This document shows, in pieces, positions 8,910 through 18,359 of a stretch of DNA of 40,151 nucleotides; the first letter of the stretch is position 1, and every line of letters begins with the position of its first letter. Below the pieces are notes generated by a model, which saw only the letters and a list, made by a program, of their open reading frames with translations, did no database searches and had not been told where the DNA came from. This DNA comes from a virus: IMG/VR virus record IMGVR_UViG_3300045988_085414, one strand, 5' to 3'. Both the position numbers and the translations under genes were made by a program.

Positions 8910-9317
8910 ATGAATTTAGTAGAGAAATTATTAGCAGTTGACAAGGGCGAATTTGACAAGATCGAAACAAAGAAGTTAAAGAGCAAACAGTTATCTAAAA
9001 TTGTTGGAGAAGATGCGGAAGTAACAATACAGGCAGTAGACGGCGATCTTTTCGGTGGATTGTCAGCAAGTGGATTAGACGAGGAGGGGGAGGTTGATTA
9101 CGGCAGGGCATTTAGTACAAATGCCAAAATTGCAGCAGCCGGAATTGTCGATCCAAATTTAAAAAATGAGGAACTTTTAAAGCATTTAGGGGTTGCTACA
9201 CCCGCGGACGCAGCAAAAAAGATTTTTAAAGGCGAGATCAACAGAATTTCAACAGAAATCGCAAAGTTAAGCGGTTTCGATGATGAAGAAAAAACAGACA
9301 AAGAAGTAAAAAACTAA
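8910..9317 (+). CDS. Tail assembly chaperone (XkdN-like)
   Basis: 135 aa acidic protein between the tube and tape measure genes. Ends with an in-phase A AAA AAC heptamer. Confidence 0.7.
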   Translation: MNLVEKLLAVDKGEFDKIETKKLKSKQLSKIVGEDAEVTIQAVDGDLFGGLSASGLDEEGEVDYGRAFSTNAKIAAAGIVDPNLKNEELLKHLGVATPADAAKKIFKGEINRISTEIAKLSGFDDEEKTDKEVKN

Positions 9318-9340
9318 TCAAAAGCGATAGGGAGGTACAA

Positions 9341-9502
9341 ATGGATTACCTGCACTATCGCTTTAAAAATTGGAAACCATTTGAATACATGAACCTGCCG
9401 GAAGGACAGAAACGTATAGCGCGGGCGTATATGCGGCAGGAATTGCGCGACAAAGAGGAAAGAAACAAAGAAATAGAAAAAGCCTTCGGAGGAGGTGGTT
9501 GA
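9341..9502 (+). CDS. Small protein (53 aa) between chaperone and tape measure; possibly also the -1 frameshift extension of the chaperone
   Basis: ATG 9341 is preceded by gggagg and translates to MDYLHYRFKNWKPFEYMNLPEGQKRIARAYMRQELRDKEERNKEIEKAFGGGG. It is below the track's size cutoff. Its frame is open back to 9287. Confidence 0.5.
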   Translation: MDYLHYRFKNWKPFEYMNLPEGQKRIARAYMRQELRDKEERNKEIEKAFGGGG

Positions 9503-12500
9503 TGTGGGCAGGGTAATAAGTACAGCAATACAGTTTATAGACGGTTTTACAAAGCCGTCTAAAGAAGTGATAAACAGTATGCGCAGCATGGGAAACGAGG
9601 CAATAAAAGCCGGGAAACAGATACAGAGCGCGGGCAAGACAATTACAAGCGTTGGATCAACCCTAACAAAAGCGATCACCGTACCGATCGCGGGTGTGGC
9701 AACGGCGGCGGTAAAAACCGCCGCTGATTTCGAGGCGGCAATGTCAGAAGTGGGCGCAATATCCGGCGCGAGCGCGCAGGATTTAGCGACATTAACGGCA
9801 AAAGCTAAAGAAATGGGCGCAACTACTTCTTTTTCCGCAAGTGAAAGCGCGGAGGCTATGAAGTATATGGCTATGGCGGGGTGGAAAACCGCAGATATGA
9901 CCGCAGGTATAGCGGGTATTATGAACCTTGCAGCAGCCGCCGGGGAAGATTTAGGAACAACCTCCGACATTGTTACGGACGGTTTAACAGCGTTTGGAAT
10001 GTCAGCCAAAGAAAGCGGGCGTTTTGCCGATGTTATGGCGGCGGCATCTACAAACGCAAACACCAATGTTACAATGTTAGGCGAAAGTTTTAAATATTGC
10101 GCAGCGACAGCGGGTGCAATGGGCTATAACATAGAGGATATTTCCGTAGCACTGGGAGTAATGGCAAACGCAGGAATAAAAGGAAGTACAGCGGGTACAA
10201 CTTTAAAAAATGTAATTGCAAACATGGCAAAGCCAACAGACGCACAAGCGGCGGTTATGCAAAAGTTGGGAATAAGCCTAACAGACGGTAGCGGAAATAT
10301 GAAAAGTTTCGCGGAAGTTATGAACAACCTGCGATCATCATTTAATGGTTTGTCGGAAACTGAAAAAGCATCATATGCGACTACTTTAGCGGGAAAAGAA
10401 AGTATGTCGGGCTTGCTAACCATTGTAAACGCAAGCGCAGCAGATTTTGACAAATTGACAGAGGCAATAAACGGATCAAGCGGCAGCGCAGAGGCTATGG
10501 CTGCAAAAATGCTTGACAACTTAAAAGGACAATTAACGCTATTAAAATCAGCAGTAGAAGGAATAGCGATAACAATAGGCGATAAATTATTACCATACTT
10601 GAAAAAATTCGTATCATGGGTACAAAAGGCAGCAGATTATATAAATAATCTGAGTGATGCGCAAGTAGATAGTATTATGAAATGGGCGGCAATCGCGGCA
10701 GCGATACCGCCTATTATTATGGTATTCGGAAAAGTTGTTACAATGGTTGGAACCGTACAAAGAACTTTCGGAACGATCACAAAGACAATAGCAAATTTCG
10801 GCGGCATTATCGGAACTATAACAAGCCCCGCAGGAATTGTTATAGGAGTATTGGCGGCGATTGCGGTAGCAGCAGTTTTAATTATAAAAAATTGGGATCA
10901 AGTAAAAGCCTTCTTGCAAAATGTGGGAAATTGGTTTAAAAACGCTTTTGAAAAAGCGGGCTTTTCGGTGCAGGGGTTCAAAGATAAGTTTACATCAATC
11001 GGGAGTACAGTCGGTAGCATAGCGGGAAAAATTTCTAGTTTTGTAAAAAATATAGCCGGGATATTCAAAAAAGAGTTCGCCGGAAGTGTAGGCGAAGGAG
11101 CAGATGCAGCGGGCGGCGCGTTTGAAACAATCGTAGGCGGCGCAGTAGCGGCATTTGATACCATAGTAGCAGCAGTAGACAAAGGATTAAAAGCGTTTAA
11201 TGCAATTTTAGAATTTTTTGGCGGTGCATTTACAGGTAATTGGGATAGCGCGGCGCAAGATTTCAGAAACAGCATTAAAAACATTTTCCCGCCGGATATA
11301 GCAGCAGGAATAATAAACGTATTCAATACACTATTACCGGGAATAAAAGCGGTTGCATCGGGAATAAAGGCGACGTTTACCGGGCTTGTGCAGGACGTAA
11401 AGAAAATATTTGACGGTTTCACAACGATTTTTAAAGGCATTGGAACGATGCTAAAGGGCATATTTAGCGGAGATGCAGAAACCGCATTAAAGGGATTTCA
11501 GACGGCAGCAGGCGGCGCAGTAGACGTTATAGGAAACATATTTAAAACAAAGATCAATGCTATAAAAAATTTCGTGGTCGGGGCGTTTTCAACATTCCTG
11601 CCGGAAAGCACAGTGAACAAAATTGCGGGAGCTTTCGATCTTGTAGCCTCCGCATGGGATATTGCAATAAGCACAGCCAAAGGATATATTAACGGTTTCG
11701 TGCAGGCGGTAAAGCCGATAATCGAGAATATCAAAACGATTTTTAAAGGCGTGGCGCAATTTGTAAAGGGCGTATTTACCGGAGATTGGAAGGGCACACT
11801 GAATGGATTAAAAACGATTGCACGCGGCGCATTATCCGGTTTGGTAAATATTATAAAGGCACCGTTTAAGCTGATAGCAGGAACGGTAAAAGGTGCAATC
11901 AACAGTTTTAAGAGCCTTAATATTGTAAAAAGCATTTTCACAGCGGTTGGAAATGCGATAAAGAAAGTTTTAAGCAGGTGCGGCGTTGATATGAAAAAAT
12001 TCAGCGCAAATCTGAATAACATCAAAACACGCGCAAGCAGCATTATAAATAATTTAAAAACAATCTTTAGTACAGTATTTGGAGCGATCGGGAAAGTGGT
12101 TAGAGCCGCAGCAAATGTTATAGCTACAATATTCGGAAAAAAGATTAGTAGCACTTGCAGCACAGCGAAAGCAGTATTGCAGGCATTAAAAATCGTTGTA
12201 GGCGTTGTATTTGGCGCAATAGCAACACTAATTAAAAAGAGCATGGCGGTTATCGTACCGGTTGTAAAAGTGGCTTTTTCGGCGATTAAGGGCGCAATAT
12301 CGGCAGCAGTAAACACAATAGCCTCCCTCATAAGCGGAGTATTAACAATATTCGACGGCTTGACAACGTTTATTTCGGGCGTATTTACCGGAAATTGGCG
12401 TAAAGCATGGGAAGGTATAAAGACGATTTTTAAAGGCGTATTCGACAGTTTGGCGGCATTGTGCAAAGCGCCAATTAACGCAGTTATCGGAATTATAAAC

Positions 12501-12881
12501 GGCGCAATATCCGGCATTAACAAATTAAATATTTCTATACCGGATTGGGTACCGGGATTAGGCGGTAAAAGTTTTGGTATCAATATACCAACAATACCGA
12601 TGCTTTACAAAGGTACCGATAATTGGAAAGGCGGCGCAGCGATCATACATGATCGAGGCGGCGAGATCGTAGACCTGCCGCAAGGTTCGCGGGTATATCC
12701 ACATGATAAAAGTGTGGAAATGGCGCGGAAAGACGGCGCAGCACAAAACGGATCCGGCGGCATCACGCTAAATATTCAGAAATTAGCGGATAAAATAGAA
12801 GTGCGTAGCGATGAAGATATAGACAGAATAGCCGATGCGTTGGCACTCAAATTAAAGAAAGTAGCATTTAACACACCGTAA
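9495..12881 (+). CDS. Tail tape measure protein
   Basis: 1128 aa with a GTG start, Ala/Gly/Ile-rich repetitive helical sequence and central hydrophobic segments. Canonical position. Confidence 0.9.
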   Translation: MVDVGRVISTAIQFIDGFTKPSKEVINSMRSMGNEAIKAGKQIQSAGKTITSVGSTLTKAITVPIAGVATAAVKTAADFEAAMSEVGAISGASAQDLATLTAKAKEMGATTSFSASESAEAMKYMAMAGWKTADMTAGIAGIMNLAAAAGEDLGTTSDIVTDGLTAFGMSAKESGRFADVMAAASTNANTNVTMLGESFKYCAATAGAMGYNIEDISVALGVMANAGIKGSTAGTTLKNVIANMAKPTDAQAAVMQKLGISLTDGSGNMKSFAEVMNNLRSSFNGLSETEKASYATTLAGKESMSGLLTIVNASAADFDKLTEAINGSSGSAEAMAAKMLDNLKGQLTLLKSAVEGIAITIGDKLLPYLKKFVSWVQKAADYINNLSDAQVDSIMKWAAIAAAIPPIIMVFGKVVTMVGTVQRTFGTITKTIANFGGIIGTITSPAGIVIGVLAAIAVAAVLIIKNWDQVKAFLQNVGNWFKNAFEKAGFSVQGFKDKFTSIGSTVGSIAGKISSFVKNIAGIFKKEFAGSVGEGADAAGGAFETIVGGAVAAFDTIVAAVDKGLKAFNAILEFFGGAFTGNWDSAAQDFRNSIKNIFPPDIAAGIINVFNTLLPGIKAVASGIKATFTGLVQDVKKIFDGFTTIFKGIGTMLKGIFSGDAETALKGFQTAAGGAVDVIGNIFKTKINAIKNFVVGAFSTFLPESTVNKIAGAFDLVASAWDIAISTAKGYINGFVQAVKPIIENIKTIFKGVAQFVKGVFTGDWKGTLNGLKTIARGALSGLVNIIKAPFKLIAGTVKGAINSFKSLNIVKSIFTAVGNAIKKVLSRCGVDMKKFSANLNNIKTRASSIINNLKTIFSTVFGAIGKVVRAAANVIATIFGKKISSTCSTAKAVLQALKIVVGVVFGAIATLIKKSMAVIVPVVKVAFSAIKGAISAAVNTIASLISGVLTIFDGLTTFISGVFTGNWRKAWEGIKTIFKGVFDSLAALCKAPINAVIGIINGAISGINKLNISIPDWVPGLGGKSFGINIPTIPMLYKGTDNWKGGAAIIHDRGGEIVDLPQGSRVYPHDKSVEMARKDGAAQNGSGGITLNIQKLADKIEVRSDEDIDRIADALALKLKKVAFNTP

Positions 12882-12894
12882 AGGAGGGCGGCAA

Positions 12895-13533
12895 ATGGAA
12901 ATATGGTTAAGACAGAATAAAAAAAGTTTTCGATTTGCAATATTGCCTTCGGAATACGAATTAACGAGCGAAAGCGATAATACGCAGGTCAACATCAATA
13001 AATTAGGAGAAATAAATTTGATCGGGAAAAGGAAACTAAAAACGGTTTCCTTTTCCTCTATTTTTCCGAAACAAAAATACAGCTTTTGCCAGTATTCAAC
13101 ATTCCCAACACCGAAAGAAAGCGTAAAAACCATTGAAAAAATGAAAAACAACGGCGTTTTAAGTCTTACAATGACCGGAACGCCTATAAACATGGATTGC
13201 ACAATAGAAAGTTTCACATGGGGCGAAAACGACGGCACAAAAGATATAAATTTCACGTTGGAATTTAAAGAGTATCGGAAAGTTAAAGTTAAAACCTCAA
13301 AAAGAAAAGAAAAAGTTACAAAGAAAGTTACCGCAGCAGCAACACAGAGAACAGCAAAAGCCGTAAACAGTACAACATATACCGTAAAAAAAGGCGATTG
13401 TTTAAGTATGATCGCAAAGAATTTAACCGGAAGTAGTGCGAATTGGCGCGCGATATACAACCAAAACAAGGGAGTGATCGGCGGCAACCCAAATTTAATA
13501 TATCCGGGGCAAAATTTGGTAATTAACGTATGA
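12895..13533 (+). CDS. LysM-domain tail protein (XkdP-like)
   Basis: C-terminal LysM motif YTVKKGDCLSMIAKNLTGSSANWRAIYNQNKGVIGGNPNLIYPGQNLVI. Confidence 0.85.
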   Translation: MEIWLRQNKKSFRFAILPSEYELTSESDNTQVNINKLGEINLIGKRKLKTVSFSSIFPKQKYSFCQYSTFPTPKESVKTIEKMKNNGVLSLTMTGTPINMDCTIESFTWGENDGTKDINFTLEFKEYRKVKVKTSKRKEKVTKKVTAAATQRTAKAVNSTTYTVKKGDCLSMIAKNLTGSSANWRAIYNQNKGVIGGNPNLIYPGQNLVINV

Positions 13534-14528
13534 TAGTAAAATGGATAAAATACAAAGACGGTTATGTATATACAACAGATATTACAGAGGCGGTATCTAG
13601 TGTAAGTTGGGGCGGTTCAACATCACAGGCAGCAAGAACGGCAGAAATAGCCGTTATAAATGCGCCAAACGATAAAAACGTAACTGATTTGAAGTTAAAA
13701 ATTGCGGCGGGCGACACAATAAAGCTATATGAAAACAATACAACTTTATTCATTGGCGAGGTAATAACAAAGGAAACAACGAGCGAAACCGGAACCGTTA
13801 CATATTCATGTACGGATCTGCTAAACCACCTTCTTAAAAGTACCGGGGTATATAATTTTTCAAATACAACCGCAGAGAGGATAACAAAAAAGGTATGCGC
13901 TGATTTTGAAATTGATACCGGCACAGTTGTAGAAACAAAGGCGACAATTAAGAAAATGATAATTGACGGCAGCAGCATATACGACATTATTATGATGGCG
14001 TACACAAAAGCGGCAAGGCAGACCGGGAAAAAATATATATGCCGCATGGAAGGCAAGAAATTAACGGTAAAGGTAAAAGGAACGATTGTTAAAAATTTTG
14101 TGCTTGCAGATGAATACAACATAACAAACACGAAATACGAGGAAACCATAGACAGCATGGTAAACGTTGTAAAGATTTACGACGAGAACAAAAAGCAGGT
14201 CGGAGAGGTAAAAAACGGTAATTGGATCGACAAATACGGAATATACCAACAGATCTATACAAAAGAAAAGGGCATAAATGCAGAAACAGCAGCAAAAAAT
14301 ATGTTATCCGGCGTAGAAAAGAAAGTAACGCTTGACGGCATCAACGGCGATTTATCCTGCATCGCAGGTAATGGCGTAGAGGTTTACGACAAGGCAACCG
14401 GTTTAAACGGCGTGTTTTGGATTGACAGCGATACGCATACATGGGAAAACGGAACCCACATAATGAGTTTAGAACTTAATTTTAAAAACATTATGGATAG
14501 CAAAGAATACGACGAAACAGAAGAATAG
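13530..14528 (+). CDS. Baseplate hub/tail protein (XkdQ/YqbQ-like)
   Basis: 332 aa with a 4-nt overlap to the LysM gene. Synteny with the PBSX xkdP-xkdQ order. Confidence 0.6.
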   Translation: MIVKWIKYKDGYVYTTDITEAVSSVSWGGSTSQAARTAEIAVINAPNDKNVTDLKLKIAAGDTIKLYENNTTLFIGEVITKETTSETGTVTYSCTDLLNHLLKSTGVYNFSNTTAERITKKVCADFEIDTGTVVETKATIKKMIIDGSSIYDIIMMAYTKAARQTGKKYICRMEGKKLTVKVKGTIVKNFVLADEYNITNTKYEETIDSMVNVVKIYDENKKQVGEVKNGNWIDKYGIYQQIYTKEKGINAETAAKNMLSGVEKKVTLDGINGDLSCIAGNGVEVYDKATGLNGVFWIDSDTHTWENGTHIMSLELNFKNIMDSKEYDETEE

Positions 14529-14540
14529 GAGGCGCGGAAC

Positions 14541-14843
14541 ATGAACCCATACGAGGAAATTTTAAATACGATGCGGGAGCAGGGAAAAAAGGATAATACC
14601 GCGCCTATTCAAATCGGAGTTATGGAGAGTGCGACAACGTGCGCGATTGGTGCGCTTAAATTGTCGGGCAGCGATTTATTGATTGCGGAACATTTGAAAA
14701 CCGGCTATCATTATGCGGTTGATAACGCCACACCTTCAAAGAAAGATAAAAATACATTCATAGGCGCGCTAAAAAAGGGCGATAAAGTAGCAGTATATAG
14801 AGTAAGCGACGAATTATATATTATCTTAGAAAGGTTGGTGTAA
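14541..14843 (+). CDS. Small baseplate protein (XkdR-like, DUF2577-like)
   Basis: 100 aa. The call rests on synteny. Confidence 0.5.
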   Translation: MNPYEEILNTMREQGKKDNTAPIQIGVMESATTCAIGALKLSGSDLLIAEHLKTGYHYAVDNATPSKKDKNTFIGALKKGDKVAVYRVSDELYIILERLV

Positions 14844-14845
14844 AA

Positions 14846-15280
14846 ATGAGTTTATTACCCACATACATAGAGGACGACGAGGAATTAGAACAGCAGGAAG
14901 AAAGCCAAACACCAAAAGAGTACGAAATAGACTTTAAAACCGGGCAATTAACCGGAAACATCGTAGAGGGATTAGAGGCTATTAAAATATGGATTTGGCT
15001 AGTATTACAAACACCGCGTTACCGGTATTATGTTTACACATGGGATTATGGTAACGAGTTTGAGGATTTAATAGGACAAGGGTACACCGAGGAATATATA
15101 GAGGCAGAAACGCAGCGAATGACGGAGGATTGTTTATCAGTCAATGAAAATATACAAGGTATATCTGATTTTTCGGTAAGCATGGAAAATGATGTTTTAA
15201 CGGTATCATTCGTAGTCAATACCGTATACGGCGATATAGAATTTAAAGATCAGCAGATTGCAAAACCAACAGCGGCATAA
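14846..15280 (+). CDS. Baseplate wedge protein (XkdS-like, gp25/W-like)
   Basis: 144 aa. The IWIWLVLQTPRYRYYVYTWDYGNEFEDLIG region resembles the XkdS/DUF2634 family. Confidence 0.6.
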   Translation: MSLLPTYIEDDEELEQQEESQTPKEYEIDFKTGQLTGNIVEGLEAIKIWIWLVLQTPRYRYYVYTWDYGNEFEDLIGQGYTEEYIEAETQRMTEDCLSVNENIQGISDFSVSMENDVLTVSFVVNTVYGDIEFKDQQIAKPTAA

Positions 15281-15292
15281 AGGAGGTGCGAA

Positions 15293-16360
15293 ATGGCTTT
15301 CGAGGATAAAACACAAAACAATATTATGATTGATTTAAAAGCTGCAATCGAACCGGACACAAGCACCGAAGAAGGCACACTTATAGATCATTCATTTCGG
15401 GGCGCGGCGGCAGAATTTGAGAAGGCATATATCGAATTAGAATTGATAGATCAAAACGGATATGCAGAAACAGCCGACAGAGAGCATTTAATATTGAGGG
15501 CGAAAGAAAAGGGTATAACACCATACGCAGCCACTAACGCGGTTTGGAAGGCAGAGTTTAACACAGAAATAGCAATTAACGCCCGCTTTTCGGCAGGCGA
15601 ATTAACTTATATATGCACAGAAAAGATAACACAATTAACGTACCGGCTTATGTGTGAGCAGACCGGCACCGGTGGAAACGTAAAGCAGGACGATTTAACA
15701 CCAATAGAATATATTGACGGTTACGAAAGCGGAGAACTAAAAGAACTTTTAACACCTGCAAGGGGCGAGGAAAAAACCGAAGATTTCCGCGCGCGTTATC
15801 TTTCCATAGTTGCAGCAGCGCAGGCATTTGGCGGCAACCGGGCGCAGTACAAAGCAATCATGCACAAAATAGAGGGCGTGGGCGCGTGTAAAATATATAG
15901 GGTTACAGCACAGGAAAAGAGGATAAAGATTTATTTTCTTGACAGCACATATAAAACGCCAAACAGCACGCTTGTTTCAGACGTGCAGAAAATAATTGAT
16001 CCGATAGAGCAGCAGGGAGAGGGCGCAGGAGAGGCTGCAATATATCATGTGGTAGATATATTAGCCTGCACATCGGAAAGCGTAAAAATAGAGGCAAAAA
16101 TAACGATAGATACCGGCTATACATGGGCGGATCTATTGGCAAGCGTGCAGGAAAAAATCGACGGTTATTTTTTAGAGCTTGCGAAAAGTTGGGAGAATGA
16201 ACAAAATATAACGGTAAGAATATTAAGGGTAAACGCAGCGATCGCAAGTGTGGAAGGCATCATAGACGTACAGAACACAGCTTTAAACGGCAGAGAAGAA
16301 AACCTGCTGTTAGATCCGAACGCAATACCGGTTAGGGGCGTGATATTATGCAAACAATGA
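15293..16360 (+). CDS. Baseplate J-like protein (XkdT-like)
   Basis: 355 aa. Size and position are typical of baseplate J. Confidence 0.7.
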   Translation: MAFEDKTQNNIMIDLKAAIEPDTSTEEGTLIDHSFRGAAAEFEKAYIELELIDQNGYAETADREHLILRAKEKGITPYAATNAVWKAEFNTEIAINARFSAGELTYICTEKITQLTYRLMCEQTGTGGNVKQDDLTPIEYIDGYESGELKELLTPARGEEKTEDFRARYLSIVAAAQAFGGNRAQYKAIMHKIEGVGACKIYRVTAQEKRIKIYFLDSTYKTPNSTLVSDVQKIIDPIEQQGEGAGEAAIYHVVDILACTSESVKIEAKITIDTGYTWADLLASVQEKIDGYFLELAKSWENEQNITVRILRVNAAIASVEGIIDVQNTALNGREENLLLDPNAIPVRGVILCKQ

Positions 16361-17217
16361 TTTTAAATCACTATCCACCAGTAATAAAGCAAATAAAGGA
16401 TATACAGCAAATCGCCAAAGCGGAGGACATTGAATTTACAAAATTGAATACCTCTATTACGGAAGTAATACGGAATATGTTTGTATTTACAGCAGACGAA
16501 ACCGGAGTAAAACGGTTTGAAAAGCTGTTAGGGATTACACCAAAGGCGGCGCAGAGTTTAGACGATAGAAAAATATATATTATATCAATGATGAACCGGC
16601 GCAAAATGAGCCTAGAAGAATTAACGGCGATGCTATCCAATTATTCCGAGGGAATAAGGTTAATAAACGATATGTCAAATTTTGAAATGATCGTAGAGAT
16701 TAACACAGATGCGGGAAGTTTGGAAACAATAAACAGTATCATTGATGAAATTTTACCATTAAACATATATTTTGAATTTGCCCTGCAAAGGGAAACCACC
16801 ATAAAATACAAATTGGAAGATTTGATCTTTATGGCATTTGAACCGGCAGCAGGAGAAAATGAGCATTGCAATTTTGATAACAACATAACAGCAATAAAGA
16901 AAGCCGACTATACGCAGAGTGTAGCCGGTTTTTCTTATGTAAACAGTTATGAAAACGCCGGGGCTTTTGTGTGCGGCGTTGAGTGCTGTTTAGCGATGCA
17001 GGCACCATTTGAAACGCAGGAAAGCGTTGTAAACATAGAAACAGCCACAGAGGCAGAAACAACACCGATAAGAACGTGCGGAGAAGAAAACGCAATAATC
17101 GGGGAAGATACACCGTTTACAATGGCAGAAAGCGCGGTAACGGTGCAAGAGGACGTAACGGCAGCAGTTACGCAGTTAAAAATATGCGGCACAGATTACG
17201 CAAGAGAGGAGGGCTAA
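16348..17217 (+). CDS. Tail protein (XkdU/YmfQ-like, DUF2313-like) with an acidic C-terminal extension
   Basis: The N-terminal region YPPVIKQIKDIQQIAKAEDIEF...ADETGVKRFEKLLGI resembles the DUF2313 family. Overlaps the baseplate J gene. Confidence 0.6.
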   Translation: MQTMILNHYPPVIKQIKDIQQIAKAEDIEFTKLNTSITEVIRNMFVFTADETGVKRFEKLLGITPKAAQSLDDRKIYIISMMNRRKMSLEELTAMLSNYSEGIRLINDMSNFEMIVEINTDAGSLETINSIIDEILPLNIYFEFALQRETTIKYKLEDLIFMAFEPAAGENEHCNFDNNITAIKKADYTQSVAGFSYVNSYENAGAFVCGVECCLAMQAPFETQESVVNIETATEAETTPIRTCGEENAIIGEDTPFTMAESAVTVQEDVTAAVTQLKICGTDYAREEG

Positions 17218-17218
17218 A

Positions 17219-17500
17219 ATGTTAAAAGATCGGCTTATAGACTATACGGAAAGTATCGTAAAGCGTGCGACATATACCATTAACGGAAAAGTGAAAGAAG
17301 GAACCATAGGAAAGATAATAAAAGACACCGATAACATCACTTTTTATCTATACATTGATGATAACGAGCAGGGAAAAATCACAAATGCGAAATTATACGA
17401 TGTAAACGGCGATTTATTGGAAAGCAAAGACTATAACACGCCAAAAGATACATTAGCAACCGCAACAATAGGCATCAGAATAACGATAAAACGCGAATAG
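17219..17500 (+). CDS. Hypothetical tail-module protein
   Basis: 93 aa ORF, tightly packed, with an RBS-like ggagggc upstream. Confidence 0.5.
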   Translation: MLKDRLIDYTESIVKRATYTINGKVKEGTIGKIIKDTDNITFYLYIDDNEQGKITNAKLYDVNGDLLESKDYNTPKDTLATATIGIRITIKRE

Positions 17501-17514
17501 GAGGAAAAAGATAA

Positions 17515-18006
17515 ATGTATGATCTGATATTATGGAAAAACCGCCGTACTGAAAAAGCAAACACATACGCGGTAACACAGAACCCGGATAACACGATTAC
17601 ATTAACGCCGGTTCCGGGCAGGATTATCGAACCGGGTACGGGGTTTAATCAACAGAACATGAACCACATGGATAACGGCATAAACGAGGCTATGATTATT
17701 GCAAATATGGCGATCGTGCAGTTATTACAGCACCAAAGGGAATTAGAAAATACTTATTTCGAGGTTGGATCGGTGGAAGTAAAGAGCAAAGAAACGTACC
17801 CATTTAACACCGAGAAAGTAACAGTTGCATTAAAAGACGCACGCAATACATTAAATTATATTGTGTTGGCGTTTTGCGATAATTTGCAGCAGGGGCGCGC
17901 AATCAGAATTAAGGACAAGCAGTTAAACGGTTTTAAAATCGAGGTTGAGGACTGCCCGACGGAACCGGTAACGATAAAATATTTTATTTTTGGAGGTAAA
18001 ATCTAA
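17515..18006 (+). CDS. Putative tail fibre/collar protein
   Basis: 163 aa. The N-terminal GTGFNQQNMNHMDNGINEA pattern resembles conserved tail fibre N-termini. The RBS is ggaggaaaaag. Confidence 0.45.
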   Translation: MYDLILWKNRRTEKANTYAVTQNPDNTITLTPVPGRIIEPGTGFNQQNMNHMDNGINEAMIIANMAIVQLLQHQRELENTYFEVGSVEVKSKETYPFNTEKVTVALKDARNTLNYIVLAFCDNLQQGRAIRIKDKQLNGFKIEVEDCPTEPVTIKYFIFGGKI

Positions 18007-18359
18007 TGGCAAAACCAACAATCAAAGTAGTTGAAAAAAACGAGGGGCGCAAAATCGGTTACGAATTGGAAGGTAGCACCCTATGGATCGGCGATGCGAT
18101 CGCAATGAGATTACCGCGTTTGCAGACAGACGACACCGTTAAAAAAGACATTTGCGCCGATGCAGACGGCAATTTAGTTTTTGGATTGGGCGAAAATTAC
18201 GTTGCACAGGTTGAAATCCCGCCAAAGGAATATGAGTACATCGAGGGAGAGACAGACGCAGAAGGAAAAAAGACCGTTGAAAGAGTGCAGAAAGATTTTG
18301 ACATTTCAAAATGTACTTTAATATTATGGAGCATCGAGGAGGTATATATCAATGAGTAA
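18006..18359 (+). CDS. Hypothetical tail fibre-associated protein
   Basis: 117 aa, start overlaps the upstream stop (TAATG). Its end overlaps the DGR target start by 8 nt. Confidence 0.5.
   Translation: MAKPTIKVVEKNEGRKIGYELEGSTLWIGDAIAMRLPRLQTDDTVKKDICADADGNLVFGLGENYVAQVEIPPKEYEYIEGETDAEGKKTVERVQKDFDISKCTLILWSIEEVYINE

Noticed and set aside
9314-13487. Long minus-strand ORFs (9314-10066, 10124-10519, 10898-11461, 11498-12583, 12852-13487) opposite the tape measure and LysM genes
   Set aside because: They lie fully antisense to well-supported + strand genes. Their translations are low-complexity and hydrophobic (A/I/F/P/T-rich), and no RBS was seen at their starts. They are the expected by-product of a purine-rich, stop-poor coding strand.
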